Source of the DNA: Alphaproteobacteria bacterium | GTDB lineage: Bacteria > Pseudomonadota > Alphaproteobacteria > Rickettsiales > UBA998 | Direction of reading: 5' to 3' | NCBI GenBank assembly: GCA_021730835.1 | Contig: JAKFYP010000056.1 | Span: 1-45,419 of the forward strand | Length of the DNA stretch: 45,419 bases | In this document: positions 38,046-45,419 of the stretch, piece after piece | How positions within the stretch are numbered: the stretch's first letter is position 1 | How the letters are laid out: each line of letters starts with the position of its first letter | Notes under the pieces: generated by a model | Database searches by the model: none | What the model was told of the DNA's origin: nothing | What the model saw: the letters and a program-made list of their open reading frames with translations, nothing else | Translations under genes and position numbers: made by a program

Positions 38046-38155
38046 CTGGCAGATTTAGTCTTACAGACTACTATATATAGCGTCTATAAGAAAAATATTT
38101 TCATAAAATACGAAAACACGAATTTCTTCGGTACGCATCTTATTTATTACGTTAT

Positions 38156-39604
38156 CTAAAACTGGAAATACAAAAACGGTGAGAAGGACTGAGCAATCAT
38201 TTTACTGACGCCGACCGCCATCACGGCCACCACGGCGCATTGTCCGGCCACCGAGACGCGATACGCCCAGGTCGGCCCGAGATGCCCGGCCTGCACATTG
38301 AAATGCCGCATGCGCCAAGGAGCAAGAAACACAATGACCCAGCCACCCGCCAGTGCTGCCAGATGCAGCGGCGTAATCTGCCAGACCAGCGTATCGGCGA
38401 TACCGAAACCGTTAAGCCCGAGCATGCCTTCGTAGAAGCCAAACGCGGTGCTGACATTGGGAGCGCGAAACAACACCCAGCCGATCATCACCATCAGCAG
38501 GGTCAGCGGCAAGGCCAGCAGGCGCGGATAAGGCGCGCCGCCCCTGCCGCCGATGAGGCGCTCCAACGCCAGAATCGCCCCGTGCCAGGTTCCCCAGAGC
38601 ACGAATGTCCAGTTCGCACCGTGCCACGCGCCGCCTAGAATCATGGTCAGCAGCAGGTTGATATAGGTGCGTACTTTGCCCTTTTTATTGCCGCCGAGGG
38701 GAATATAGAGATAATCGCGCAGCCAGGTCGAAAGCGAGATATGCCAGCGCCGCCAGAATTCGGTGATTGAGCGGCTAATATAGGGATGGTTGAAGTTCTC
38801 AATGAAGCGGAAACCCATCATCAGCCCGAGTCCGATCGCCATATCGGAATAGCCGGAGAAATCGAAATAAAGCTGGATGCTGTAGGCGAGAATGCCTAGC
38901 CACGCTTCGGAGAAGGAAGGGTTTGCCTGTGCAAACATCATATCAGCGATGGGCGCGACCGTATCGGCGATCATGACTTTTTTACAGAAGCCGACGGAAA
39001 AGCGAATCGCCCCCTCGTTGAATTTATCCAGCGTATGCGTGCGCTCATAGAACTGGTGGGCGACATCCTTATAGCGCAATACCGGCCCGGCGATGAGCTG
39101 AGGAAACAGGGCGATAAAGGCGGCGAAATCAAGAAAACTCGGGGCAATCTCGGCATCGCCGCGATAGACATCAATGACGTAGCTGACCGACTGGAAAACA
39201 TAAAAGGAAATCCCGATCGGCAGGATGACCTTCCATGCTTCCATCGGGGTGAACCCGGCGGCCAATAGCGCGGCATTGAATGAGTCCACGCCGAAATTGA
39301 AATATTTGAAATAGCCCAGCACCAGCAAATTCCCGGCAACGCCAATCGCCAGCCAGCGCTTGCGGTGACGGATTATTTGTTCTTCGGGTGTTTCTGCGGG
39401 CAGGCGACTCATGCGCAGTGTCACCCAGTAGCTGAAATATGTTACGGCGGCAAATAAAGCGAGGAAATCCACCCGCCACCAGCCGTAGAAAATATAGCTG
39501 CCAATGAGGATCACCAGCGATTTGCGTTTAAACGGCACGAGGTAATAGACCACCAGAAACAGCGGCAGAAACAGGAGCAGGAATACGGCGGAGGAGAAAA
39601 CCAT
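38156..39604 (-). CDS. algI: MBOAT-family polysaccharide O-acetyltransferase (AlgI-like)
   Basis: It is multi-TM and has the MBOAT signature FWRRWHISLSTWLRDYLYIPLGG. 482 aa. Confidence 0.88.
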   Translation of the reverse strand: MVFSSAVFLLLFLPLFLVVYYLVPFKRKSLVILIGSYIFYGWWRVDFLALFAAVTYFSYWVTLRMSRLPAETPEEQIIRHRKRWLAIGVAGNLLVLGYFKYFNFGVDSFNAALLAAGFTPMEAWKVILPIGISFYVFQSVSYVIDVYRGDAEIAPSFLDFAAFIALFPQLIAGPVLRYKDVAHQFYERTHTLDKFNEGAIRFSVGFCKKVMIADTVAPIADMMFAQANPSFSEAWLGILAYSIQLYFDFSGYSDMAIGLGLMMGFRFIENFNHPYISRSITEFWRRWHISLSTWLRDYLYIPLGGNKKGKVRTYINLLLTMILGGAWHGANWTFVLWGTWHGAILALERLIGGRGGAPYPRLLALPLTLLMVMIGWVLFRAPNVSTAFGFYEGMLGLNGFGIADTLVWQITPLHLAALAGGWVIVFLAPWRMRHFNVQAGHLGPTWAYRVSVAGQCAVVAVMAVGVSKMIAQSFSPFLYFQF

Positions 39605-39618
39605 GTGTTTAACTTTTG

Positions 39619-40839
39619 TTATTTATTTTCTTTTGCCGAAACCCTGTGCTCGCGGGCGGCGACGCTGCCGGTCGCAGGTGTGCAGGTTGCTGCTTGTGTT
39701 TTCTGACCGGAGGGGGCCGGAACCTCGATCTTCACATCCGCGTAGGTTTTCTGGATGAAGCGCTCAGGCATCTCCCAGATGACAAAACGCGGCGCGGTTT
39801 GTCCAAAATCGGTGTTCTTCAAAAAAGATTGCATTGGCTCAAGCGGGCCTTTGCCTTCCTCGGCAAGGTTGAGCACGTCGGTATGAAGCGCCTGTTTGAG
39901 CGCGCCCTCGAAATTCCACTCTTTCTCGAAACTGTAGGATGTGCCGACCAGCGCTACCGGGATCTGTTGCTCGCCGAACAAATCGCCGCCCGCTGCATCA
40001 CTATCCGCTTTGGCCGTCTTTATCTTCATATATGTCTCGGAACGCGGGCCGATGACCTCTTTCAGCGCACCGGTTGGGATAAAGGCGCTTAAATCGCCAT
40101 CGTAAACCTTCTTTTTGCCGCGGATGGTCTTATATTCCGCCGTATCGTAATCCGGCGCGCCGCAGGCCTGCGCTATTTCCGCAGCGATAGCCTGTGCGGC
40201 AATCTCTGCGCCTTCCGGCGACCAGTGCGTGTCGGTGCGCATGAAAACCTGTATGCCCTGTTTCTTCGCCTGCGCCAGCGGCTCCAGCAGGTCGGGCGCA
40301 AGAATGCCGCGCTTTTTCAGCCCTGTGTGAAACCGCCGGTAGCCTTCCTGCTTTTCCTGCGGGAAAGGAATATCGCCCAGCGCATCGGCATAAATACGCG
40401 TTTTGGCGGGTACAACGGCGACGACCAGCGTGATTCCCCGGCTTTTGAGAAAATCATGAATGCGCGCTACCAGATCGAGGCGCGCCTGCTCTTCCTTCAT
40501 TCCGTCTGGATAATGCTCGAATTCCTCGCGGGTAAACAGCCACTCATCCCGGCCCACAATCACCCCGTCATTGCCGACGCCAAACAGCGCGTAACGCAAG
40601 ATGCCCCAACTGGCCGTGGCCAGTTTTTTACCGTGCAGTCTGTCCTCGAATTTATCTTCAAGCGCCGCCGCCGCTTTACCGCGCAGAAAATCCGGAGCCG
40701 TTACCTCCCCGATTTCAAAAACCTTTTCCCGCTCCATCCATAAGGTAGAAAGCGCCGCGAATGCTGATACGGCAAAGAATGCCAGTATGGCTATCGCGCT
40801 GACGGGGATCAGGCGCGGCTCTTTCGTTTCACGCTCCAT
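39619..40839 (-). CDS. AlgJ/AlgX-like SGNH-type O-acetyltransferase, membrane-anchored
   Basis: It has an N-terminal TM anchor (IPVSAIAILAFFAVSAFAAL) and the motif RTDTHWSPEGA, which resembles the Asp-x-His catalytic pair of AlgJ/AlgX. It lies next to algI. Confidence 0.7.
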   Translation of the reverse strand: MERETKEPRLIPVSAIAILAFFAVSAFAALSTLWMEREKVFEIGEVTAPDFLRGKAAAALEDKFEDRLHGKKLATASWGILRYALFGVGNDGVIVGRDEWLFTREEFEHYPDGMKEEQARLDLVARIHDFLKSRGITLVVAVVPAKTRIYADALGDIPFPQEKQEGYRRFHTGLKKRGILAPDLLEPLAQAKKQGIQVFMRTDTHWSPEGAEIAAQAIAAEIAQACGAPDYDTAEYKTIRGKKKVYDGDLSAFIPTGALKEVIGPRSETYMKIKTAKADSDAAGGDLFGEQQIPVALVGTSYSFEKEWNFEGALKQALHTDVLNLAEEGKGPLEPMQSFLKNTDFGQTAPRFVIWEMPERFIQKTYADVKIEVPAPSGQKTQAATCTPATGSVAAREHRVSAKENK

Positions 40840-43045
40840 GACCTGCTACCTTTGTTTCCATTTCGATTCTTGCCAGCGGGTGTTTCTCCGCCGCCGCTTT
40901 TTCCAGTAACCGCCCGGCCAGCGCCGCATCACGGGGTACGCCCTCGCCGCGCTGATAGGCTTTGGCCAGCCAGTAGATGGCGTCACGATGGCCCTTATCC
41001 GCCGCTCTCTTGAGCCAGAGGATGCCTTTGCCCGCGTCGCGGTAGCCATCCGGGCCGTGTAGATAAATCAATGCCAGATCAACCATCGCTTCCGGATATT
41101 GTTTCTCGGCGGCGCGGGCGATGTAATCGCGGCCTTTGGCCGTATTGCGCGGCACGCCAATCCCATTGAGATAGGCCGCGCCAAGCTCATGCCAGGCTTG
41201 CGGGATATCGGCGCGGGCCGCCTCAGTGAAATAATGCACGGCGCGGCGAGAACTCATCGGCACACCCCTGCCTCCGGCATAGGATAGCCCCAACTCAAGC
41301 TGCACTTCGGGAATACCCGCCGCTTCGGCTTCGTGAAACAGCCGGATGGCGTCTGCCTGCGTATAACCTTCGACCACATCCCACAGGGCGATGCGGGCCA
41401 GTTCGACCTTGGCTTTGGTTTCTCCCAGCTTAATGGCTTTCTCCAGCCATTCGACTGATCTGGCAATGTTGCGCTCAACGCCCGTGCCGGTACGGTATGC
41501 ATTGGCGACTTGCATCATGGCGCGCCCGTCGGAGGGAGAAATGTTTTTCAGGGCGCGATGCACATATAAACTGCCAAGCATGGTATCCTGAATCGTGCCA
41601 CGGCCTTCGGTCAAGGCGCTGGCAACCCTGAGCATCGCCGAAACATTGCCCCGGTTAGCCGCCTTGCGATTCCAGTAAAACGAGGTTTTGGGATCGTCCG
41701 CGTCGTCGTAATACCCGGCGAGGTAATGCACGGCCTTGGTATTGCCCTCTTCACCCGCCTGTGTCATCCATTTCAGTCCCTCCTGCCGATCATAGAAATG
41801 GCTGGAAGGCGTCACCATGATGCGGGCGATACGCCATTTATCGGATGCCGAAATCGCCGATTCTTTTGCTTTGTTGAAGTACAGGGCGGCTTTCGCCTCG
41901 TCGCGGATGATCAGTCTGCCTTCGTCAAACAGCGAAGACAAGGTAAGTGCGGAGGTGACATCGCCGTTATTGGCCAGTGGTTCCAGATAAGCTACCGCCT
42001 GCGCCGAATTACCTGTTTCGAGCGCCCGGAATGCCAGAGAACGCGTCGCTTCGCCGCTACCGACCGCCGCAGCACGCCGTAGCCATTGATCCGCCTCTTC
42101 CTTCGGTACATCGAGATAGGCGCGCTTATTATTGCTCCGGCTGCTGCCCATCGCCTCGGCGGCGGCAACCGAACCCTGCTCGGCGGCGCGGCGCATGTAA
42201 TCGGTTGCTTTCTTGCGATCAACCGCCACGGTGATGCCTCGCCCATACATATCGGAGAGCGTCATCAGCGCGCCGATATGGTTATTCTTCATGGCCTCCT
42301 CAAACCAGATGAGCGCCCGTGCCTGATCCGCAGCCACGCCTTCCCCGTCAGCGAAAGCCTGTGCCAGGCGATAAGCGGCGTCACCTTCGCCTTTTTTCGC
42401 CGCTTCCTCAAGATAGGAAACACCGAGAATCGCCATATCCTGTGCCGCCGTGCGGGAGGGAGCCGGAACAAGCCCCTGCCGGTAAAGCCTTGCCAGCGCC
42501 AGCGCCGCCTTGCCGTAACGCCGCTGGATGGCCAGACGGTATTGCTCCGCCGCCGCCTTCATGTTGGATCCCAGATTGCCCGCGCCGGTTTCAAGCAGTT
42601 GCCCGTACTCATAGGCCGCCACCTTATCTCCGGCGGCGATGGCCTGTTTCAGCAGGATTTCGGCCCGCCGCCCGTCGGCGCGCACGCCTCTGCCGTCCAT
42701 ATAGAGGCTGGCGAGGCTGCGCTGGGCGCGGGTCGTCCATTCGTCGCTGATGCCTTCATCTTTTACCAGCCGAAGCGCTTTGGTGTAATATTCCGCTGCG
42801 GTGGCGTAATCGGCGCGGGGCAGCAGATGCACTGTCGGCAGATGCTCGTAAAGTTTTCCCAGCCGTACCATGGCTTCCGGCAGGCCGGTCTCCTCCATCT
42901 GGGAGGCAAGTTGCCGGAATTCCGCCTGCTTTCCCTGTTTTGCCAGCTCTTCAAGCCGGACGATATCGGCTTGCAGGTTGCGAGCGGATACACCGAAGGG
43001 TAGCAGCATCAGCAAAGCGCATAGAATATATCGCATCATTTTCAT
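40829..43045 (-). CDS. Sel1-like repeat (SLR/TPR) protein with a signal peptide; AlgK-like position
   Basis: It has more than 12 Sel1-type repeats (e.g. LGAAYLNGIGVPRNTAKGRDYIARAAEKQYPEA and WLAKAYQRGEGVPRDAALAGRLLEKAA). The start at 43045 gives MKMMRYILCALLMLLPFGVSA, forms an ATGA overlap with the algL stop, and follows a GGAGGA site. The ORF opens at 43066. Confidence 0.8.
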   Translation of the reverse strand: MKMMRYILCALLMLLPFGVSARNLQADIVRLEELAKQGKQAEFRQLASQMEETGLPEAMVRLGKLYEHLPTVHLLPRADYATAAEYYTKALRLVKDEGISDEWTTRAQRSLASLYMDGRGVRADGRRAEILLKQAIAAGDKVAAYEYGQLLETGAGNLGSNMKAAAEQYRLAIQRRYGKAALALARLYRQGLVPAPSRTAAQDMAILGVSYLEEAAKKGEGDAAYRLAQAFADGEGVAADQARALIWFEEAMKNNHIGALMTLSDMYGRGITVAVDRKKATDYMRRAAEQGSVAAAEAMGSSRSNNKRAYLDVPKEEADQWLRRAAAVGSGEATRSLAFRALETGNSAQAVAYLEPLANNGDVTSALTLSSLFDEGRLIIRDEAKAALYFNKAKESAISASDKWRIARIMVTPSSHFYDRQEGLKWMTQAGEEGNTKAVHYLAGYYDDADDPKTSFYWNRKAANRGNVSAMLRVASALTEGRGTIQDTMLGSLYVHRALKNISPSDGRAMMQVANAYRTGTGVERNIARSVEWLEKAIKLGETKAKVELARIALWDVVEGYTQADAIRLFHEAEAAGIPEVQLELGLSYAGGRGVPMSSRRAVHYFTEAARADIPQAWHELGAAYLNGIGVPRNTAKGRDYIARAAEKQYPEAMVDLALIYLHGPDGYRDAGKGILWLKRAADKGHRDAIYWLAKAYQRGEGVPRDAALAGRLLEKAAAEKHPLARIEMETKVAGHGA

Positions 43046-44157
43046 GCTTTTCCTCCCGGTTTCCACCAGAAGCAGGTGGCGTTCCCGCCTGAGAATTCGT
43101 CAATCAACGGACGTTCTTTGAATCCCCGGTTGTCCATCAGTTGCCGCAGCCGCGCCGCTGCGAAGGATTCGGGGTGGTAGCGCAAATAGGCTTCCGTAAA
43201 TGCCATGTAATGACGCTGGTGGCTCCGCCGATCAAGCATGCCATGCTCCTGCACGAGATAGTTATCACTCGGCCCCGGTATGTAGTTGGCCGATGCTTCA
43301 GGCAGGATCACCAGTGGGTTATAGACGGCGCTCAGGAAGTAATCCATGATAGTGTCAATTGACTTGCCGTCTTCGTGTTCGCCATAGAGGTCGTCGCCGT
43401 GCAGGCGGGCGATTTCCGCCATGACAGTCAGGCTGGAGAGCGACTGGCGCATATACCAGGTCGCCCGCGCCCCGCGCCTTGTCTCCAGTGGCAGGCCGCC
43501 ATCCGGGTTTGCTTGCTCCAGCGCTTCCTGAAAACGTTCAATTCCTTTTCTGTACAGGGCATCGTCAGCGCTGTACTGCCCCCATGCCATCAGGACGGAA
43601 TCCGCGAGGTAACGGTGATTGTTATGGTCCACATCGCCGTCAAAGGTAGCGTTCATGCGACGCGATAAGCCATCAAGCCAGTCATGCACGATTTTACTGT
43701 CAGCCGGATTCATGTTATGCCCGACGACGCTGTAGGCGGCGATGGTCGGCAGCAGCAGGCGTTTGAGCGCATAATAAGGATCGTAGTCTTCTTTTGACCT
43801 GACAAAAGCCTTCGCCTTTGCCCAGCTGATCAGTAGCGAAGAAAGATCCCGCTCGGAAGCAGCATCGCCCGCCAGTGCCCTTCCCGAGAGCACCATCATC
43901 GCCCATGAAAAATCGGTGGCGCTCTGATCGGTTCCGTATTCTTTGGTTTTCTTCAACTCAGGGATCGGAGTGGCAAGCTTCTTAATGTTGATTTTATACG
44001 CCTCCGCCATGCAGGCTTTGCGGGCAGGGGCGAAAGCCGGATGCTGCAACTCGGCCCGCCGCGCTGCTACGTCGAATATCGCCGATGGCTCCACTGCGGC
44101 AACGGCAAGCGGACACAGTAAAAGCAGCATGGCTATCGGGTATAACAGACGAGTCAT
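43042..44157 (-). CDS. algL: alginate lyase family protein (PL5, AlgL-like)
   Basis: It has a signal peptide (MTRLLYPIAMLLLLCPLAVAA) and the motif VDHNNHRYL, corresponding to the AlgL NNHSYW catalytic motif. 371 aa. Its start forms an ATGA overlap with the upstream gene. Confidence 0.75.
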   Translation of the reverse strand: MTRLLYPIAMLLLLCPLAVAAVEPSAIFDVAARRAELQHPAFAPARKACMAEAYKINIKKLATPIPELKKTKEYGTDQSATDFSWAMMVLSGRALAGDAASERDLSSLLISWAKAKAFVRSKEDYDPYYALKRLLLPTIAAYSVVGHNMNPADSKIVHDWLDGLSRRMNATFDGDVDHNNHRYLADSVLMAWGQYSADDALYRKGIERFQEALEQANPDGGLPLETRRGARATWYMRQSLSSLTVMAEIARLHGDDLYGEHEDGKSIDTIMDYFLSAVYNPLVILPEASANYIPGPSDNYLVQEHGMLDRRSHQRHYMAFTEAYLRYHPESFAAARLRQLMDNRGFKERPLIDEFSGGNATCFWWKPGGKA

Positions 44158-45419
44158 GGCGTGTGATTCCCTGCGGATTTGATTTCACCGGCGCAGGTGC
44201 GCTGCATGATGCGCTCGGGTAACGCTTCCTGCCCGTCGCCCGCGAAAAATCCGAGTTCGCGGAAGGAGCAGGCTTCATAGGATTTCATCTCCCCGCTCGG
44301 GCAGCGCTGGGTAATAAATACCCCGTCATGCTCAATGTCGTGCCGAGCAAGAATGGTAGGGAATCTATCCGTCCAGTCACCGCGCAGCAGCCTCGGGGAT
44401 TGCTTCACAAACTGGTTGTTGCGGATATATAGCGCCGCCAGACTGTCCATGCTGAGGCCCGTGCCGTTGGCCTCGATCCAGTTGCCAACAGCGTTGAGCG
44501 CGGTTGCCTCGACGTAAGGATCGAGAATAAAATCGCGGTGGGAATGGCTCGGGTCGCTGGCAAGGTCGGAGACATAACCCTGAATACCGGCTTGCAGGTT
44601 TTCGTGAATCACGTTGTAGAAAATGCCGATATCAATGCTGTTGCGCACGCGTACCCCGGCGCGCTTGTTGTTAAATAAGCGATTGCTGGCGATAATCTTG
44701 CAGCCGCTTTCAAAAATGGTCAGCCCGTCCTGGCCATTATTGAAAGCGGTATTGCCATAAATCAGCGTGCCTGTGCTCTGGCGGTCGATCATGATTCCGG
44801 AGCCGTGATTGTCGAAGGAAATGTTGCCGAGAATGGTTGAGTCGTTTACCTCGCGGGAGATGATGATTCCGTGTTTTTTCTCGGTGTCGTAGGCGGTGTT
44901 GTAGGCGATCGTGAACCAGCGCGATCGGTCATGCGGGTCAATGCCGTAGACAACGTTGTTAATATATTCGTTGCCGATTAACACCACATGATCGGCCTCG
45001 TAGGAATAAAATCCGTAATAGAGATTGTTAAACGAATTATCGACGATAATCGAAGTCGGGCGTGTGCCCTTGTCGGAATCGAGGTTTTTCAGAAACAGGT
45101 TCGGCCCTGAGGAGAGCGAAATGCCATATGCCTTGGAGTTGGTCGAGCCGAGGGCGATAAACTCGGTTGAACTCATGAAGGTTTCCGAGCGGCTCCACGA
45201 GGTGATGAAAGGGCGAAAAATTCTTTTTTTCTCGTAAGTCGCCCATTGCGGCTCCTGCTTCGCCTCATCCCATGCCGTAACCTCCGTGCCGACGATATAG
45301 AGCTTGCCCGCGTTGACGATGTAAGCGCCCTGATCTTTGGAGAGCAATAATTTTCCAACCTCTCCTCCGGCGATAACCAGAGAGGCTTCCGGCGCGATGA
45401 TTAGCGGGCGACGCAGGAT
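44154..45419 (-). CDS. algG: mannuronan C5-epimerase-like right-handed beta-helix protein (AlgG-like); N-terminus beyond the window
   Basis: It has the motif GIDPHDRS (the AlgG DPHD motif) and repeated CASH/beta-helix units (NHGSGIMID, NGQDGLTIF, NKRAGVRVR). The reading frame stays open from 45347 to the window end at 45419. Confidence 0.78.
   Translation of the reverse strand: MLRRPLIIAPEASLVIAGGEVGKLLLSKDQGAYIVNAGKLYIVGTEVTAWDEAKQEPQWATYEKKRIFRPFITSWSRSETFMSSTEFIALGSTNSKAYGISLSSGPNLFLKNLDSDKGTRPTSIIVDNSFNNLYYGFYSYEADHVVLIGNEYINNVVYGIDPHDRSRWFTIAYNTAYDTEKKHGIIISREVNDSTILGNISFDNHGSGIMIDRQSTGTLIYGNTAFNNGQDGLTIFESGCKIIASNRLFNNKRAGVRVRNSIDIGIFYNVIHENLQAGIQGYVSDLASDPSHSHRDFILDPYVEATALNAVGNWIEANGTGLSMDSLAALYIRNNQFVKQSPRLLRGDWTDRFPTILARHDIEHDGVFITQRCPSGEMKSYEACSFRELGFFAGDGQEALPERIMQRTCAGEIKSAGNHTP

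Noticed and set aside
42086-43003. A 305-aa plus-strand ORF, and others (42319..42750 and 41726..42082), inside the Sel1-repeat gene.
   Set aside because: These are antisense to a repeat-rich, GC-rich CDS and have no motifs. The minus-strand reading has repeated Sel1 consensus units.

Overview
The window is about 45 kb of a roughly 58-63% G+C chromosome that looks alphaproteobacterial. This assignment rests on gene order only, because no database search was possible.

The backbone is the partition and origin-proximal block mnmE-mnmG-rsmG-parA-parB. It carries two perfect 16-bp parS sites and is followed by PDRP-aroE-coaE-dnaQ. Housekeeping genes surround it: leuC, a LysR regulator, qor, the CCA-adding enzyme, glnD, argC and astB.

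Accessory content:
- A large flagellin-family gene, cut by the 5' window edge.
- An RTX/calcium-binding repeat protein with its own type I secretion ABC and HlyD genes.
- An alginate-like exopolysaccharide modification operon on the minus strand (AlgG-AlgL-Sel1/AlgK-like-AlgJ/X-like-AlgI), which runs off the 3' edge.
- A structured nested-hairpin repeat of about 130 nt, present in three copies, two of which bracket leuC.
- Several low-GC islets.

The most interesting islet is a two-gene cassette of about 1.25 kb at 36899-38155. It pairs a dCTP-deaminase-fold protein, whose expected catalytic residues appear substituted, with a small two-TM membrane protein. It sits between algI and argC, and I flag it as a candidate uncharacterised defence or abortive-infection module.

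I found no rRNA, tRNA, CRISPR array, transposase or integrase. All calls come from reading the supplied translations and DNA by eye. G+C values are hand counts on 100-nt samples.
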